A stretch of 63,539 bases of DNA, filler included, from Reclinomonas americana ATCC 50394 (lineage: Eukaryota), in the NCBI GenBank assembly GCA_048213135.1. It is 15 parts of 15 records of this genome, joined end to end, with 100 filler letters (N's around TTAATTAATTAA, not from the genome) between each part and the next. Parts side by side here need not be neighbours in the genome. Positions count along the whole stretch, not along the records: positions 59,531 to 61,905 come from AFZH01023564.1; positions 62,006 to 63,539 come from AFZH01023565.1; 13 more parts are not named here. One strand, 5' to 3'. The notes beneath the pieces were generated by a model. That model ran no database searches and was not told where the DNA came from. It saw nothing but the letters and a program-made list of their open reading frames with translations. Position numbers and translations under genes: made by a program. Below, piece after piece: positions 59,431 to 63,539 of this stretch. Within the stretch, counting starts at the first letter, position 1. The number at the start of each line of letters is the position of its first letter.

Positions 59431-59530
59431 NNNNNNNNNNNNNNNNNNNNNNNNNNNNNNNNNNNNNNNNNNNNTTAATTAATTAANNNNNNNNNNNNNN
59501 NNNNNNNNNNNNNNNNNNNNNNNNNNNNNN

Positions 59531-59945
59531 CGAGCAGGAATATGGCGCCAACGGTTGCCAGAGCGCGGTCTGGAACAATGCCCAGGTCTTCATCCCGGCG
59601 CTGGCGGGCATCATGCTGGCACGCCAGTTCATGTCCGGAGGTGGTGCGGCCCAGCCACTCCTGCCGCCGACCAATGCGGCCTGCCCGCCCGGCACACGCC
59701 AGCCGGGTTCCGGTCGCCCCGAATGCGAGCAGCCGGCGAGGAGCTCGTCGTCATCGTCTTCGTCGTCCAGCGGCGGCTATTATGGCGGCAGCAGCAGCCG
59801 CTCGCGCGCCTATACCACGACATCGGGCCAGGCGATGGTTGCCCGCAACATCTCCTCTACGGGGATGGCGAGCACGCCGAGCGTCGCCTCGCGCGGCGGA
59901 TTCGGCTCAACCTCCCGCTCCTTCTCCTCTCATTCCTCGTCCTGA
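59531..59945 (+). CDS. DUF1190 (YgiB-like) protein, C-terminal part
   Basis: 'EQEYGANGC...FIPALAG.ML...AQPL' and terminal 'SRGGFG'. It lies directly upstream of the ygiC homologue. Confidence 0.8.
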
Positions 59946-59948
59946 CCG

Positions 59949-61115
59949 ATGCAACGGCTTCGCGTAGCGCCACGCAAGAACTGGCAGGCCGAGGCCGAGC
60001 GCCTCGGCTTCGCCTATCACACGCTCGACGGCGAGACCTATTGGGACGAGAGCGTCGCCTATGCCTTCTCGCTGAAGGAGATCGAGGAGGACATCGAGGC
60101 GCCGACCAGCGAGATCGAAGGGCTCTGCTTCGCCTTCGTCGAGCGCGCCCTCAAGGACGAGGCCATCCTGCGCCGGCTGGCGATCCCCGACGCGCAGTGG
60201 GGCCTGATCCGCGACAGCTGGCAGCGCGGCGACCGCAATCTCTACGGCCGGCTCGACCTCGCCTATGACGGCAAGGGACCGGCCAAGCTGCTGGAATACA
60301 ATGCCGATACGCCGACCTCGCTGTTCGAAGCGGCCGTGGTGCAATGGGACTGGCTCGAGCAGGCGATGGCACAGGGCCTGATCTCGCGCGGCTGCGATCA
60401 GTTCAACTCACTGCATGAGCGCCTGATCGCCGCTTTCGGTCAGCTGCGCAATCCGAAGCCCGAACGCATGCACTTCACCTGCGTGCAGGACAGCGTCGAG
60501 GACAAGGGCACCGTCGACTATCTGATCGACTGCGCCGGCCAGGCCGGGATCGACGCCCGCTTCACTTTCATCGAGGAGCTCGGCCTGCTTGCCGACGGGC
60601 GCTTCTGCGACGGCGCCAGCCTGCCGGTCGAGATGCTGTTCAAGCTCTATCCCTGGGAGTGGCTGTTCCGGGAGCAGTACGCCTCGGCGCTCGCCGGCTC
60701 GCGCTGCCAGTTCGTCGAGCCGCCCTGGAAGGCGCTGGTGTCGAGCAAGGGGCTCTTGCCCTATCTCTGGGAGATGGCGCCCGGCCATCCCAATCTGCTG
60801 CCGGCCTATTTCGAGGACGATCCGCGCTGCGCGGAGTTGGGCGCGAACCATGTCCGCAAGCCACTCTATTCGCGCGAGGGCGCCAATGTGACGCTGGTCG
60901 AGGGCGGGGAGGTGCGCGATAGCGACGATGGCCCCTATGGTGCCGAGGGCTTCATCCTGCAGGCGACCGCGATGCTGCCGAATTTCGACGGCAATTATCC
61001 GGTGCTCGGCTCCTGGCTGGTCGCCTCGCAGCCTTGCGGGCTCGGCATCCGCGAGGATACGACTCCGATCACCAAGAACACCTCGCGCTTCGTGCCGCAT
61101 GTCATCGAGCCGTAG
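59949..61115 (+). CDS. Glutathionylspermidine synthase family ATP-grasp protein (YgiC-like)
   Basis: 'YWDES', 'YGRLDL', 'LLEYNADTPT', 'FKLYPWEW', 'KPLYSREG' and 'SRFVPH'. Confidence 0.93.
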   Translation: MQRLRVAPRKNWQAEAERLGFAYHTLDGETYWDESVAYAFSLKEIEEDIEAPTSEIEGLCFAFVERALKDEAILRRLAIPDAQWGLIRDSWQRGDRNLYGRLDLAYDGKGPAKLLEYNADTPTSLFEAAVVQWDWLEQAMAQGLISRGCDQFNSLHERLIAAFGQLRNPKPERMHFTCVQDSVEDKGTVDYLIDCAGQAGIDARFTFIEELGLLADGRFCDGASLPVEMLFKLYPWEWLFREQYASALAGSRCQFVEPPWKALVSSKGLLPYLWEMAPGHPNLLPAYFEDDPRCAELGANHVRKPLYSREGANVTLVEGGEVRDSDDGPYGAEGFILQATAMLPNFDGNYPVLGSWLVASQPCGLGIREDTTPITKNTSRFVPHVIEP

Positions 61116-61138
61116 CGCCCAACGCCTACGGTTTGCCC

Positions 61139-61905
61139 ATGCCTGAAACCAATGCCCGCGGCCTCGACCATCTCGTCATCGGCGTCGCCGATCTCGACGC
61201 GGCCGGCGCCTTCTATGCCGATCTCGGCTTCCGCGTCGGTGCGCGCAACCGCCATCCCTGGGGGACCGAGAACCGGATCGTCCAGTTTCCCGGCGCCTTC
61301 CTCGAATTGATCACGGTCGGCGACGCCACGCTGATCCCGCCGCATGCGCCGCGACATTTCTCCTTCGGCGCCTTCGTGCGCGACGCGCTGGCGCGGGGGG
61401 AGGGCATGTCGATGCTGGTGCTGGAAAGCCGCGACTCGAAGGGTGACGCCGAAAGCTTCCGCGCCGCCGGCATTGGCGATTTCGAGCCCTTCTTCTTCGA
61501 GCGGCAGGCGCGCCGGCCCGATGGCAGCGAGGTCCGCGTCGCCTTTTCGCTGGCTTTCGCCGACAATGCAGCCGCACCGGAATGTGGCTTCTTCGTCTGC
61601 CAGCAGCTTGAACCCCAGAACTTCTGGAATCCGGCCTTCCAGCAGCACGAGAACGGTGCGAGCGGGCTGTCCGCCGTGTTCCTGGTGGCGCAGCAGCCGG
61701 CTGCGCAAACGGCTTTCCTCAACGCTTTCTCGGACGCCGAGAGCTTCGCGACGCCGGAAGCGAGCCTGCGTCTGCCGCTGCCGCGCGGGCGGCTGGACGT
61801 GCTGACGCCGCAGGCGGCCGCCGCCAGTCTCGACGATGAGAGCCGGCAGGACCAGGCCCGCTTTGCCGGCTTTGCGGTCGCGGTACCGGAGCTCGAACCG
61901 ATACG
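61139..61905 (+). CDS. VOC/glyoxalase-like family protein, truncated
   Basis: 'LDHLVIGVADLDAA...HPWGTENRIV...FLELI' and 'HENG'. Confidence 0.85.
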
Positions 61906-62462
61906 NNNNNNNNNNNNNNNNNNNNNNNNNNNNNNNNNNNNNNNNNNNNTTAATTAATTAANNNNNNNNNNNNNNNNNNNNNNNNNNNNNNNNNNNNNNN
62001 NNNNNATCGAAGCGCTGCCCCTCGGCGATGACCGATTGCACCAGCCCGGCCCATGTCGTGGGGACCTGCGCCGCCGCGGTGCCGACGGCAAAGCGCTGCG
62101 CGATGGCGCCGGTCGCTGCGAGGCTCAAAATCGGCGGCGATTCAAGGATTTCGACATCATATCCAACTTGGGCCGGCAAAGCTCTGCCGACTTGCGCTTC
62201 TAGAGCATTTCGCGCGGGGCTGAAAAGCGCGGTGCAAGGCCAAAGGCGAAAAAGGGACGCCTTGCATGCAGGAATGCCATGCCGAGAACGAGGCCAGATG
62301 AGAGGGCTCGTCTGAGGCCGAGGTTGGGGCGCATGGAACGCTGGGTTTTGCCAAATCCGCTCGCTATCGGCTATCCACCGCCGGTGCAGCGCTCGCCTGC
62401 ACTCGGGACGACGGCCGGTGGCGGCCGCGTTTCCTCTCTAGATGCTATGTGACAGGACGATC

Positions 62463-63539
62463 ATGACGGAAATGCAGCCCGCCCGGACCTGCCTCGCCAT
62501 CGTGCTGGCGGCGGGCGAGGGAACCCGGATGAAGTCGGCGCGGCCGAAGGTGTTGCACGAGGTGGCCGGCCGCTCGCTGCTCGGCCATGTCCTGGCCGCG
62601 GTGACGGCGGCCGGAGCCGATGCTCTCGCCGTGGTGATCGGCCCTGATCGGCCGGACGTCGCGGCCGAGGTCAAAAAGCATGCCCCGCACGCCGCGATCT
62701 TCGTCCAGAGCGAGCGCAAGGGCACGGCGCATGCGGTGCTGGCGGCTCGCGAGAGTCTCGCCGGCAAGCATGAGGACGTGCTGGTCGCGTTCGCTGACAC
62801 GCCGCTGGTGCGGCCGGAGACCTTCGCCGGCCTGCGCAAGGCGCTGGATGGCGGCGTCGGCGTCGCGGCACTCGGTTTCGAGGCGCGCGATCCGGCGGGC
62901 TATGGCCGCTTCGTCACGCAGGACGGGGTGCTGCAGGAAATCGTCGAGCACAAGGATGCCGACGAGGCGACGCGCAAGATCACCCTGTGCAATGCCGGGC
63001 TTATGGCGCTCGCAGGCAGCAAGGCGCTCGCCATTCTCGACGCGATCGGCTGCGCCAATGCGCAGAACGAATATTACCTGACCGACGCCGTCGCGGTGGC
63101 ACGCGCGCAGGGCCTGAAGGCGGTCGCCCGGGTCGCGCCCGAGGCCGAGGTTCAGGGTGTCAACGACCGGGCCCAGCTTGCTGCGGTCGAAGCCGATTTC
63201 CAGCGCCGCAAGCGGCTGGAGGTGATGCTGGCTGGCGCCACGCTGGTCGCGCCAGAGACCGTGTTCTTCAGCCATGACACCGTGATCGGCCGCGATGTCC
63301 TGATCGAGCCCAGTGTCGTCTTCGGCCCAGGGGTCACGGTCGCCGACAATGCCGTCATCCATGCCTTCTCGCATCTGGAAGGGGCAAGCGTCGGGCCTAG
63401 CGTCTCGATCGGTCCCTATGCCCGCCTGCGCCCCGGTGCCGAGCTGGCGAAGGGCGCCCGCGTCGGCAACTTCGTCGAGATCAAGGCGGCGGCGATCGGC
63501 GAAGGCGCCAAGATCAACCATCTGACCTATATCGGCGAT
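62463..63539 (+). CDS. glmU: Bifunctional UDP-GlcNAc pyrophosphorylase/glucosamine-1-P acetyltransferase, truncated at window end (absent from the ORF track)
   Basis: '[16 protein letters not shown]', 'GTAHAV', 'EYYLTD', hexapeptide repeats, and 'VGNFVEIK...[10 protein letters not shown]'. Confidence 0.96.
   Translation, partial: MTEMQPARTCLAIVLAAGEGTRMKSARPKVLHEVAGRSLLGHVLAAVTAAGADALAVVIGPDRPDVAAEVKKHAPHAAIFVQSERKGTAHAVLAARESLAGKHEDVLVAFADTPLVRPETFAGLRKALDGGVGVAALGFEARDPAGYGRFVTQDGVLQEIVEHKDADEATRKITLCNAGLMALAGSKALAILDAIGCANAQNEYYLTDAVAVARAQGLKAVARVAPEAEVQGVNDRAQLAAVEADFQRRKRLEVMLAGATLVAPETVFFSHDTVIGRDVLIEPSVVFGPGVTVADNAVIHAFSHLEGASVGPSVSIGPYARLRPGAELAKGARVGNFVEIKAAAIGEGAKINHLTYIGD

Overview
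This window is not contiguous DNA. It is 15 assembly contigs joined by identical 100-nt artificial linkers (44 N + TTAATTAATTAA + 44 N), and it mixes two organisms. Contigs at 1-9393 and 51539-63539 are GC-rich alphaproteobacterial DNA (Hyphomicrobiales, Bosea-like by gene content; this is an inference). They carry a GNAT/SMR/DUF2147/histidine-kinase operon, a Tat-exported amidohydrolase with a LysR regulator, a Bru-RS-like repeat, tRNA-Lys, ygiB/ygiC homologues, glmU and several orphan hydrolases. They also carry a lower-GC accessory patch with a double-glycine-leader glycine-zipper peptide, a PhlA-type lipase and an ABC-ATPase + TOPRIM-like gene pair. Contigs at 9494-51438 come from an intron-rich, microsatellite-rich microbial eukaryote. 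Its host genes are a Kin82/Nrc-2-type AGC kinase, a TMEM260-like gene, NXT1-like, OTUD6-like, lysyl-tRNA synthetase and a decayed FN3-repeat surface protein. It also has a nest of large CAC...GTG-ended DNA transposons with intron-containing CMC/Plavaka-like DDE transposases; one copy sits next to a Ulp1 (SUMO) protease gene. The best leads are the ~9-kb two-gene eukaryotic transposon and its Ulp1-linked relative, the orphan double-glycine bacteriocin-like peptide, the PARIS-like ATPase/TOPRIM pair, and a tRNA-Lys(UUU) with an 8-nt anticodon loop (possibly a sequencing error). All family calls come from motifs recognised by eye; no searches were run.
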